DNA of 64,000 bases from positions 1-64,000 of the forward strand of contig JAXLNO010000331.1 in the NCBI GenBank assembly GCA_038087875.1, written 5' to 3'. This DNA is from Malacoraja senta. Taxonomy: Eukaryota. Both the position numbers and the translations under genes were made by a program. Every line of letters begins with the position of its first letter. Within the stretch, counting starts at the first letter, position 1. Positions 1 to 10,344 of this stretch are shown here, in pieces. The notes under the pieces were generated by a model. The model was not told the origin of the DNA and did no database searches. It saw only the letters and a program-made list of their open reading frames with translations.

Positions 1-350
1 GAGACTGTGTAAAAGTTTGTGAGGCTGTGTGAAAGTTTGTGAGACTGTGTAAAAGTTTGTGAGACTGTGTAAAAGTTTGTGAGACTGTGTGAAAGTTTGT
101 GAGACTGTAAAAGTTTGTGAGACAGTGAAAGTTTGTGAGACTGTAAAGGTTTGTGAGTGTGTGAAAGTTTGTGAGACAGTGTGAAGGTTTGTGAGACTAA
201 AAGTTTGTGAGACTGTGTGAATGTTTGTGAGACTGTGTGAAAGTTTGTGAGACTGTGTAAAAGTTTGTGAGACTGTGTGAAAGTTTGTGAGACTGTGTAA
301 AAGTTTGTGAGACTGTGTAATGGTTTGTGAGGCTGTGTAAAAGTTTGTGA
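1..350. repeat. 20-bp minisatellite array (GTGAGACTGTGTAAAAGTTT)n
   Basis: Directly visible tandem 20-mers with 18- and 16-bp deletion variants and GAGAC/GAGGC, AAAAG/AAAGG variants. Confidence 0.97.
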
Positions 351-440
351 AAATGTGTGATTCTTTTACGGGGTGAAGGTTTGTGAGCCGGTGTGTAAGT
401 GTGTGTCAGCACTTGTGTCAACGTCCACAACCCTTTTCAT

Positions 441-1718
441 ATTGTTTGTCATATATATCAATGATCTGGATGATGGTGTGGTAAATTGGATTAGTAAGTA
501 TGCAGATGACACTAAGATAGGTGGTGTTGTGGATAATGAAGTAGATTTTCAAAGTCTACAGAGAGATTTAGGCCAATTGGAAGAGTGGGCTGAAAGATGG
601 CAGATGGAGTTTAATGCTGATAAATGTGAGGTGCTACATCTTGGCAGGACAAATCAAAATAGGACGTACATGGTAAACGGTAGAGAATTGAGGAATGCAG
701 TTGAACAGAGGGATCTAGGAATAACTGTGCATAGTTCCCTGAAGGTGGAATCTCATGTAGATAGGGTGGTATAGGAGCAGGGAGGTTCTACTGCAGTTGT
801 ACAGGGTCTTGGTGAGACCACACCTGGAGTATTGCGTACAGTTTTGGTCTCCGAATCTGAGGAAAGACATTCTTGCCATAGAGGGAGTACAGAGAAGGTT
901 CACCAGACTGATTCCTGGGATGTCAGGACTTTCATATGAAGAAAGACTGGATAGACTCGGCTTGTACTCGCTAGAATTGAGAAGATTGAGGTGGGATCTT
1001 ACAGAAACGTACAAAATTCTTAAGGGGTTGGACAGGCTAGATGCAGGAAGATTGTTCCCGATGTTGGGGAAGTCCAGGACAAGGGGTCACAGATTAAGGA
1101 TAAGGGGGAAATCCTTTAGGACCGAGATGAGAAAAAAAAATTCACACAGAGAGTGGTGAATCTGTGGAATTCTCTGCCACAGAAGGTAGTTGAGGCCAGT
1201 TCATTGGCTATATTTAAGAGGGAGTTAGATGTGGCCCTTGTGGCTAAAGGGATCAGGGGGTATGGAGAGAAGGCAGGTACGGGATACTGAGTTGGATGAT
1301 CAGTATGGCCTCTACTCCTGCACCTATTGTCTATGTTTCTATGTAAAGAAAGCTTTTGGTGTGCTGGCCTTTATAAATCAGAGCATTGAGTATAGAAGTT
1401 GGGATGTAATGTTAAAATTGTACAAGGCATTGGTGAGGCCAATTCTGGAGTATGGAGTACAATTTTGGTCGCCTAATTATAGGAAGGATGTCAACAAAAT
1501 AGAGAGAGTACAGAGGAGATTTACTAGAATGTTGCCTGGGTTTCAGCAACTAAGTTACAGAGAAAGGTTGAACAAGTTAGGTCTTTATTCTTTGGAGCGC
1601 AGAAGGTTAAGAGGGGACTTGATAGAGGTCTTTAAAATTATGAGAGGGATAGACAGAGTTGACGTGGATAAGCTTTTCCCATTGAGAGTAGGGAAGATTC
1701 AAACAAGGGGACATGACT
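441..1718 (+). mobile_element. CR1-clade LINE fragment (CR1-A), 5'-truncated RT/C-terminal region, interrupted by CR1-B and cut at a junction at 1717-1718
   Basis: Translates to LFVIYINDLD...KYADDTK...WQMEFNADKC...RVV, resuming at 1345 as KKAFGVLAF...LYKALVRPILEYGVQFWSP...RRRLRGDLIEVFK...TRGH, which are CR1 ORF2 motifs. Confidence 0.9.
771..1344 (+). mobile_element. CR1-B 3' fragment nested in CR1-A
   Basis: LYRVLVRPHLEYCVQFWSP...TRGH, frameshift at the A-run near 1132-1140, 3' UTR and CTATGTTTCTATGT tail; the host reading frame resumes after it. Confidence 0.9.
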
Positions 1719-2299
1719 GCACTCCCTCTATGGCAAGAATGTCCTTCCTCAGATTTGGAGACCAAAACTGTACGCAATACTCCAGGTGTGGTCTCACCAA
1801 GACCCTGTACAACTGCAGTAGAACCTCCCTGCTCCTATACTCAAATCCTTTTGCTATGAATGCTAACATACCATTCGCTTTCTTCACTGCCTGCTGCACC
1901 TGCATGCCTACTTTCAATGACTGGTGTACCATGACACCCAGGTCTCGCTGCATCTCCCCATTTCCTAATCGGCCACCATTTAGATAATAGTCTGCCTTCC
2001 CGTTTTTGCCACCAAAGTGGATAACCTCACATTTATCCACATTATACTGCATCTGCCATGCATTTGCCCACTCACCCAGCCTATCCAAGTCACCTTGCCG
2101 CCTCCTAGCATCCTCCTCACAGCTAACACTGCCCCCCAGCTTAGTGTCATCCGCAAACTTGGAGATGTTGCTTTCAATTCCCTCGTCCAGATCATTGATG
2201 TATATTGTAAATAGCTGGGGTCCCAGCACTGAGTCTTGCGGTACCCCACTAGTCACTGCCTGCCATTCTGAAAAGGACCCGTTTACTCCTACTCTTTGC
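1717..2299 (-). mobile_element. CR1-B fragment, antisense, 3' half removed by the junction
   Basis: ORF 1699-2256: SGVPQDSVLGPQLFTIYINDLD...KFADDTKL; same element as the complete insertion at 17434-18509. Confidence 0.9.
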
Positions 2300-3098
2300 G
2301 GGAGATGTCAGCGGAGATGAGGACGCCGAGAAACCGGAAGGTGTAGACCCTCTCCACACACTCGCCGTTGACGTCTAGGGGGGCTAAGTCGGTGCTGTGC
2401 CTCCTGGTCGACAACGAGCCCTTTTGTTTTCTTGGTGTTCAGAGCCAAGTTGTTTTCTGAGCACCAGGCTGTCAACTTCAGGACTTCCTCTCTATAGGCT
2501 GCCTCGCCTCGTCTCCCCTTGAGATGAGTCCGACTACTGTAGTGTCGTCAGCAAACTTGAGGATGCGGTTGTTGCTGTGGGCCGGGCTACAGTCGTGGGT
2601 GTAGAAGACAGTACAGGAGGGGGCTTAGCACACAGCCCTGTGGGGAGCCGGGACTCAACATGCGAGTGGAGGAGAGGTGGGGGCCGAGTCTCACAGTCTG
2701 GGGCCGGTTGGTGAGGAAGTCCTTTATCCAGGCACATGTGAGAGTGGGGAGGCCGAGAGTGACCAGTTTGTCGATGAGAATGAGAATTGAAAGCTGAGCT
2801 GTATTCCACAAAGAGCATCCGGACGTAGCTCTGCCCCAGCTCCACGTGGCTCAGCACAGAGTGGAGAGCTACGGTGATGGTGTCTTCTGTGGATCTGTTT
2901 GGGCGATAGGCCAATTGGTGAGGGTCGAAGTCTGGAGGGAGATAGCCCTTGATGTGCTGGAGGACCAAACTCTCGAAGCACTTGGTGATTACCGGAGTCA
3001 GAGCCACGGTACGGTAATCATTTAGGCTGGTGATGGGAGACTTCTTCGGCACTGGGACGATTGGGGCTGGTTTTAGGCAGGACGGGGTAACTGCCTGA
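2300..3098 (-). mobile_element. Rex1/Babar-clade LINE RT fragment, frameshifted
   Basis: [26 protein letters not shown]...[15 protein letters not shown]...[25 protein letters not shown]...[18 protein letters not shown]. Confidence 0.85.
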
Positions 3099-4781
3099 GT
3101 TTGTGAGACTGTAAAGGTTTGTGAGGCTGTGTAAAAGTTTGTGAGACTGTGTAAAAGTTTGTGAGACTGTGTAAAGGTTTGTGAGACTGTGTAAAAGTTT
3201 GTGAGACTGTGTAAAAGTTTGTGAGACTGTGTAAAAGTTTGTGAGACTGTGTAAAAGTTTGTGAGACTGTGTAAAAGTTTGTGAGACTAAAAGTTTGTGA
3301 GGCAGTGTGTAAAAGTTTGTGAGGCAGTGTAAAGGTTTGTGAGACTGTGTAAAAGTTTGTGAGACTGTGTAAAAGTTTGTGAGACTGTAAAGGTTTGTGA
3401 AACTAAAAGTTTGTGAGACTGTGTAAATGTTGGTGAGACTGTGTAAAGGTTTGTGTGGCTAAAAGTTTGTGAGACTGTAAAGGTTTGTGAGACTGTAAAG
3501 GTTGGTGAGACTGTGTAAAAGGTTGGTGAGACTGTGTAAAAGTTCATGAGGCTGTGTAAAAGTTTGTGAGACTGTGTAAAAGTTTGTGAGGCTGTGTAAA
3601 GGTTTGTGAGACTGTGTAAAAGTTTGTGAGACTGTGTAAAAGTTTGTGAGACTGTGTAAAGGTTTGTGAGGCTGTGTAAAGGTTTGTGAGGCTGTGTAAA
3701 AGTTTGTGAGGCTTTGTAAAAGTTTGTGAGACTGTGTAAAAGTTTGTGAGACTGTGTAAAAGTTCGTGAGGCTGTGTAAAAGTTCGTGAGGCTGTGTAAA
3801 TGTTTGTGAGGCTGTGTAAAAGTTTGTGAGGCTGTGTAAAAGTTTGTGAGGCTGTGTAAAAGTTCGTGAGGCAGTGTAAAAGTTCGTGAGGCAGTGTAAA
3901 AGTTTGTGAGGCTGTGTAAAAGTTTGTGAGGCTGTGTAAAAGTTTGTGAGGCTGTGTAAAAGTTTGTGAGACTGTGTAAAAGTTTGTGAGGCTGTGTAAA
4001 AGTTTGTGAGACTGTAAAAGTTTGTGAGGCTGTGTAAAAGTTTGTGAGGCTGTGTAAAAGTTTGTGAGGCTGTGTAAAAGTTTGTGAGGCTGTGTAAAAG
4101 TTCGTGAGGCAGTGTAAAAGTTTGTGAGGCTGTGTAAAAGTTTGTGAGGCTGTGTAAAAGTTTGTGAGGCTGTGTAAAAGTTTGTGAGGCTGTGTAAAAG
4201 TTTGTGAGACTGTGTAAAAGTTTGTGAGACTGTAAAAGTTTGTGAGACTGTGTAAAAGTTTGTGAGACTGTGTAAAAGTTTGTGAGGCTGTGTAAAAGTT
4301 TGTGAGACTGTGTAAAAGTTTGTGAGACTGTAAAAGTTTGTGAGGCTGTGTAAAAGTTTGTGAGACTGTGTAAAAGTTTGTGAGGCTGTGTAAAAGTTTG
4401 TGAGACTGTAAAAGTTTGTGAGGCTGTGTAAAAGTTTGTGAGGCTGTGTAAAAGTTCGTGAGGCTGTGTAAAAGTTTGTGAGGCTGTGTAAAAGTTTGTG
4501 AGGCTGTGTAAAAGTTCGTGAGGCTGTGTAAAAGTTTGTGAAACTAAAAGTTTGTGAGACTAAACATTCGTGAGACTGTGTAAAAGTTTGTGGAACTCTG
4601 TAAAAGTTTGTGAGACTGTAAAGGTTTGTGAGGCTGTGTAAAGTTTTGTGAGGCTGTATAAAAGTTCGTGAGGCTGTGTAAAAGTTTGTGAAACTATAAG
4701 TTTGTGAGTAAACATTCGTGAGACTGTGTAAAAGTTTGTGAGACTTTAAAAGTTTGTGAGGCTGGGTAAAAGTTTGTGAAA
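3099..4781. repeat. 20-bp minisatellite array
   Basis: Tandem 20-mers, rich in the GAGGC variant. Confidence 0.97.
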
Positions 4782-5464
4782 AAGCATGCAGGTACAGCAG
4801 GCAGTGAAGAAAGCGAATGGCATATTGGCCTTCATAACAAGAGGAGTTGAGTATAGGAGCAAAGATGTCCTTCTGCAGTTGTACAGGGCCCTGGTGAGAC
4901 CACATCTGGAGTATTGTGTACAGTTTTGGTCTCCAAATTTGAGGAAGGACATTCTTGCTATTGAGGGAGCCCAGCGTAGGTTCACCAGGTTAATTCCCGG
5001 GATGGCAGGACTGTCATATGCTGAGAGAATGGAGCGGCTGGGCTTGTACACTCTGGAGTTTAGAAGGATGAGAGGGCATCTCATTGAAACATATAAGATT
5101 ATTAAGGGTTTGGACACGCTAGAGGCAGGAAACATGTTCCCGATGTTGGGGGAGTCCAGAACCAGGGGCCACACACACAGTTTAAGAATAAGGGGTCGGC
5201 CATTTAGAACGGAGACGAGGAAACACTTTTCCACCCAGAGAGTTGTGAGTCTGTGGGTTTCTCTGCCTCAGATGGCGGTGGAGGCCAGTTCTCTGGATAC
5301 TTACAAGAGAGAGTAAGATAGGGCTCTTAAAGATAGCGGAGTCAGGGGATATGGGGAGAAGGCAGGAACGGGGTACTGATTGTGGATGATCAGCCATGAT
5401 CACAGTGAATGGCGGTGCTGGCTGGAAGGGCCGAATGGCCTCCTCCTGCACCTATTGTCTATTG
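4782..5464 (+). mobile_element. CR1-C 3' fragment (copy 1) inserted in the satellite
   Basis: MQVQQAVKKANG..LYRALVRPHLEYCVQFWSP..TRGH..RVV; tail CCTATTGTCTATTG; flanking TGAAA duplication. Confidence 0.9.
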
Positions 5465-7804
5465 AAACTGTGTAAAAGTTTGTGAGACTGTGTGAATGTT
5501 TGTGAGACTGTGTAAAAGTTTGTGAGTGTGTGAAAGTTTGTGAGACTGTGTGAAAGTTTGTGAGACTGTGTAAAAGTTTGTGAGGCTGTGTAAAAGTTTG
5601 TGAGACTGTGTAAAAGTTTGTGAGGCTGTGTGAAAGTTTGTGAGACTGTGTAAAAGTTTGTGAGACTGTGTAAAAGTTTGTGAGACTGTGTGAAAGTTTG
5701 TGAGACTGTAAAAGTTTGTGAGACAGTGAAAGTTTGTGAGACTGTAAAGGTTTGTGAGTGTGTGAAAGTTTGTGAGACAGTGTGAAGGTTTGTGAGACTA
5801 AAAGTTTGTGAGACTGTGTGAATGTTTGTGAGACTGTGTGAAAGTTTGTGAGACTGTGTGAAAGTTTGTGAGACTGTGTAAAGGTTTGTGAGACTGTGTA
5901 AAGGTTTGTGAGACTGTGAAAAAGTTTGTGAGGCTGTGTAAAGGTTTGTGAGACTGTAAAGGTTTGTGAGACTGTGTAAAAGTCTGTGAGACGGTGTAAA
6001 AGTTTGTGAGACTGTGTAAAAGTTTGTGAGGCTGTGTAAAAGTTTGTGAGACTGTAAAAGTTTGTGAGACTGTGTAAAAGTTTGTGAGACTGTGTAAAAG
6101 TTTGTGAGACTGTGTAAAAGTTTGTGAGACTGTGTAAAAGTTTGTGCGGCAGTGTAAAAGTTTGTGAGACTGTGTAAAAGTTTGTGAGACTGTAAAAGTT
6201 TGTGAGGCAGTGTAAAAGTTTGTGAGACTGTGTAAAAGTTTGTGAGACTGTGTAAAAGTTTGTGGGACTGTGTAAAAGTTTGTGAGGCTGTGTAAAGGTT
6301 TGTGAGGCAGTGTAAAAGTTTGTGAGACTGTGTAAAAGTTTGTGAGACTGTGTAAAAGTTTGTGGGACTGTGTAAAAGTTTGTGAGGCTGTGTAAAGGTT
6401 TGTGAGGCAGTGTAAAAGTTTGTGAGACTGTGTAAACGTTTGTGAGACTAAAAGTTTGTGAGACTGTGTAAAAGTTTGTGGGACTGTGTAAAAGTTTGTG
6501 AGGCTGTGTAAAGGTTTGTGAGGCAGTGTAAAAGTTTGTGAGGCTGTGTAAACGTTTGTGAGACTAAAAGTTTGTGAGACTGTGTAAAAGTTTGTGAGGC
6601 TGTGTAAAAGTTTGTGAGACTGTGTAAAAGTTTGTGAGGCTGTGTAAAGGTTTGTGAGGCTGTGTAAAAGTTTGTGAGGCTGTGTAAAAGTTTGTGAGGC
6701 TGTGTAAAAGTTTGTGAGACTGTGTAAAAGTTTGTGAGACTGTAAAGGTTTGTGAAACTAAAAGTTTGTGAGACTGTGTAAATGTTGGTGAGACTGTGTA
6801 AAGGTTTGTGTGGCTAAAAGTTTGTGAGACTGTAAAGGTTTGTGAGACTGTAAAGGTTGGTGAGACTGTGTAAAAGGTTGGTGAGACTGTGTAAAAGTTC
6901 ATGAGGCTGTGTAAAAGTTTGTGAGACTGTGTAAAAGTTTGTGAGGCTGTGTAAAGGTTTGTGAGACTGTGTAAAAGTTTGTGAGACTGTAAAAGTTTGT
7001 GAGACTGTGTAAAGGTTTGTGAGGCAGTGTAAAGGTTTGTGAGGCTGTGTAAAGGTTTGTGAGGCTGTGTAAAAGTTTGTGAGGCTTTGTAAAAGTTTGT
7101 GAGACTGTGTAAAAGTTTGTGAGACTGTGTAAAAGTTTGTGAGACTGTAAAGGTTTGTGAGACTGTGTAAAAGTTTGTGAGGCTGTGTAAAAGTTCGTGA
7201 GGCTGTGTAAAAGTTTGTGAGGCTGTGTAAAAGTTTGTGAGGCTGTGTAAAAGTTTGTGAGGCTGTGTAAAAGTTTGTGAGGCTGTGTAAAAGTTTGTGA
7301 GGCTGTGTAAAAGTTTGTGAGGCTGTGTAGAAGTTTGTGAGGCTGTGTAAAAGTTTGTGAGGCTGTGTAAAAGTTTGTGAGGCTGTGTAAAAGTTTGTGA
7401 GGCTGTGTAAAAGTTCGTGAGGCTGTGTAAAAGTTTGTGAGGCTGTGTAAAAGTTTGTGAGGCTGTGTAAAAGTTTGTGAGGCTGTGTAAAGGTTTGTGA
7501 GACTGTGTAAAGGTTTGTGAGACTAAAAGTTTGTGAGACTGTGTAAAAGTTTGTGAGACTGTGTAAAAGTTTGTGAGACTGTAAAGGTTTGTGAGACTGT
7601 GTAAAGGTTTGTGGAACTGTAAAAGTTTGTGAGACTGTGTAAAGGTTTGTGAGACTGTGTAAAAGTTCGTGAGGCTGTGTAAACGTTTGTGAAACTAAAA
7701 GTTTGTGAGACTAAACATTCGTGAGACTGTGTAAAAGTTTGTGGAACTGTGTAAAAGTTCGTGAGACTTTAAAAGTTTGTGAGGCTGGGTAAAAGTTTGT
7801 GAAA
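5465..7804. repeat. 20-bp minisatellite array
   Basis: Tandem 20-mers. Confidence 0.97.
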
Positions 7805-8477
7805 AAGCATGCAGGTACAGCAGGCAGTGAAGAAAGCCAATGGCATGTTGGCCTTCATAACAAGAGGAGTTGAGTATAGGAGCAAAGAGGTCCTTCTGCA
7901 GTTGTACAGGGCCCTGGTGAGACCACACCTGGAGTATTGGGTGCAGTTTGGTCTCCAAATTTGAGGAAGGACATTCTTGCTATTGAGGGAGCCCAGCGTA
8001 GGTTCACCAGGTTAATTCCCGGGATGGCGGGACTGTCATATGCTGAGAGAATGGAGCGGCTGGGCTTGTACACTCTGGAGTTTAGAAGGATGAGAGGGAA
8101 TCTTATTGAAACATATAAGATTATTAAGGGTTTGAACACGCTAGAGGCAGGAAACATGTTCCCGATGTTGGGGGAGTCCAGAACCAGGGGCCACACACAC
8201 AGTTTAAGAATAAGGGGTCGGCCATTTAGAACGGAGATGAGGAGAAACTTTTCCACCCAGAGAGTTGTGAATCTGTGGGATTCTCTGCCTCAGAGGGCGG
8301 TGGAGGCAGGTTCTCTGGATACTTACAAGAGAGAGTTAGATAGGGCTCTTAAAGATAGCGGAGTCAGGGGATATGGGGAGAAGGCAGGAACGGGGTACTG
8401 ATTGTGGATGATCAGCTGTGATCATATTGAATGGCTTGAAGGGCCGAATGGCCTACTCCTGCACCTATTGTCTATTG
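7805..8477 (+). mobile_element. CR1-C 3' fragment (copy 2, frameshifted)
   Basis: Same junctions as copy 1; 1-bp deletion near 7938. Confidence 0.9.
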
Positions 8478-8976
8478 AAACTGTGTAAAAGTTTGTGAGA
8501 CTGTGTAAAAGTTTGTGAGTGTGTGAAAGTTTGTGAGTGTGTGAAAGTTTGTGAGACTGTGTAAAAGTTTGTGAGACTGAAAGTTTGTGAGACTGTAAAA
8601 GTTTGTGAGGCTGTGTAAAAGTTTGTGAGACTGTGTAAAAGTTTGTGAGGCTGTGTGAAAGTTTGTGAGACTGTGTAAAAGTTTGTGAGACTGTGTAAAA
8701 GTTTGTGAGACTGTGTGAAAGTTTGTGAGACTGTAAAAGTTTGTGAGACAGTGAAAGTTTGTGAGACTGTAAAGGTTTGTGAGTGTGTGAAAGTTTGTGA
8801 GACAGTGTGAAGGTTTGTGAGACTAAAAGTTTGTGAGACTGTGTGAATGTTTGTGAGACTGTGTGAAAGTTTGTGAGACTGTGTAAAAGTTTGTGAGACT
8901 GTGTGAAAGTTTGTGAGACTGTGTAAAAGTTTGTGAGACTGTGTAATGGTTTGTGAGGCTGTGTAAAAGTTTGTGA
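8478..8976. repeat. 20-bp minisatellite array
   Basis: Tandem 20-mers. Confidence 0.97.
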
Positions 8977-9066
8977 AAATGTGTGATTCTTTTACGGGGT
9001 GAAGGTTTGTGAGCCGGTGTGTAAGTGTGTGTCAGCACTTGTGTCAACGTCCACAACCCTTTTCAT

Positions 9067-10344
9067 ATTGTTTGTCATATATATCAATGATCTGGATGAT
9101 GGTGTGGTAAATTGGATTAGTAAGTATGCAGATGACACTAAGATAGGTGGTGTTGTGGATAATGAAGTAGATTTTCAAAGTCTACAGAGAGATTTAGGCC
9201 AATTGGAAGAGTGGGCTGAAAGATGGCAGATGGAGTTTAATGCTGATAAATGTGAGGTGCTACATCTTGGCAGGACAAATCAAAATAGGACGTACATGGT
9301 AAACGGTAGAGAATTGAGGAATGCAGTTGAACAGAGGGATCTAGGAATAACTGTGCATAGTTCCCTGAAGGTGGAATCTCATGTAGATAGGGTGGTATAG
9401 GAGCAGGGAGGTTCTACTGCAGTTGTACAGGGTCTTGGTGAGACCACACCTGGAGTATTGCGTACAGTTTTGGTCTCCGAATCTGAGGAAAGACATTCTT
9501 GCCATAGAGGGAGTACAGAGAAGGTTCACCAGACTGATTCCTGGGATGTCAGGACTTTCATATGAAGAAAGACTGGATAGACTCGGCTTGTACTCGCTAG
9601 AATTGAGAAGATTGAGGTGGGATCTTACAGAAACGTACAAAATTCTTAAGGGGTTGGACAGGCTAGATGCAGGAAGATTGTTCCCGATGTTGGGGAAGTC
9701 CAGGACAAGGGGTCACAGATTAAGGATAAGGGGGAAATCCTTTAGGACCGAGATGAGAAAAAAAAATTCACACAGAGAGTGGTGAATCTGTGGAACTCTC
9801 TGCCACAGAAGGTAGTTGAGGCCAGTTCATTGGCTATATTTAAGAGGGAGTTAGATGTGGCCCTTGTGGCTAAAGGGATCAGGGGGTATGGAGAGAAGGC
9901 AGGTACGGGATACTGAGTTGGATGATCAGTATGGCCTCTACTCCTGCACCTATTGTCTATGTTTCTATGTAAAGAAAGCTTTTGGTGTGCTGGCCTTTAT
10001 AAATCAGAGCATTGAGTATAGAAGTTGGGATGTAATGTTAAAATTGTACAAGGCATTGGTGAGGCCAATTCTGGAGTATGGAGTACAATTTTGGTCGCCT
10101 AATTATAGGAAGGATGTCAACAAAATAGAGAGAGTACAGAGGAGATTTACTAGAATGTTGCCTGGGTTTCAGCAACTAAGTTACAGAGAAAGGTTGAACA
10201 AGTTAGGTCTTTATTCTTTGGAGCGCAGAAGGTTAAGAGGGGACTTGATAGAGGTCTTTAAAATTATGAGAGGGATAGACAGAGTTGACGTGGATAAGCT
10301 TTTCCCATTGAGAGTAGGGAAGATTCAAACAAGGGGACATGACT
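9067..10344 (+). mobile_element. CR1-A fragment (T1 block 2)
   Basis: Copy of 441-1718 at +8,626. Confidence 0.9.
9397..9970 (+). mobile_element. Nested CR1-B 3' fragment
   Basis: Copy of 771-1344. Confidence 0.9.

Noticed and set aside
311..330. GTGTAATGGTTTG unit as a possible excision footprint of the Rex insertion (whose flank is GTGTAATG)
   Set aside because: A single A-to-T change from the common TAAAGGTTT variant explains it, and LINEs do not excise.
1..350. Telomeric repeat with telomere-specific retrotransposons
   Set aside because: No TTAGGG tracts; LINEs occur in both orientations and derive from single old insertions.
1229..1987. 252-aa fusion ORF
   Set aside because: Chance concatenation of out-of-frame CR1-B end and UTR, CR1-A sense frame and CR1-B antisense sequence; frameshifted in block 5.
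3544..4905. Long minus-strand ORFs (453, 478, 355, 314, 297 aa) with [20 protein letters not shown] repeats
   Set aside because: The minus strand of the consensus 20-mer has no stop codon in any frame. Frequent 2- and 4-bp indels show no frame conservation. This is satellite read-through.
4746..5234. Recurrent antisense ORFs over CR1 (e.g. GDQNCTQYSRCGLT)
   Set aside because: Shadow frames of CR1 ORF2. They recur only because the DNA is duplicated.
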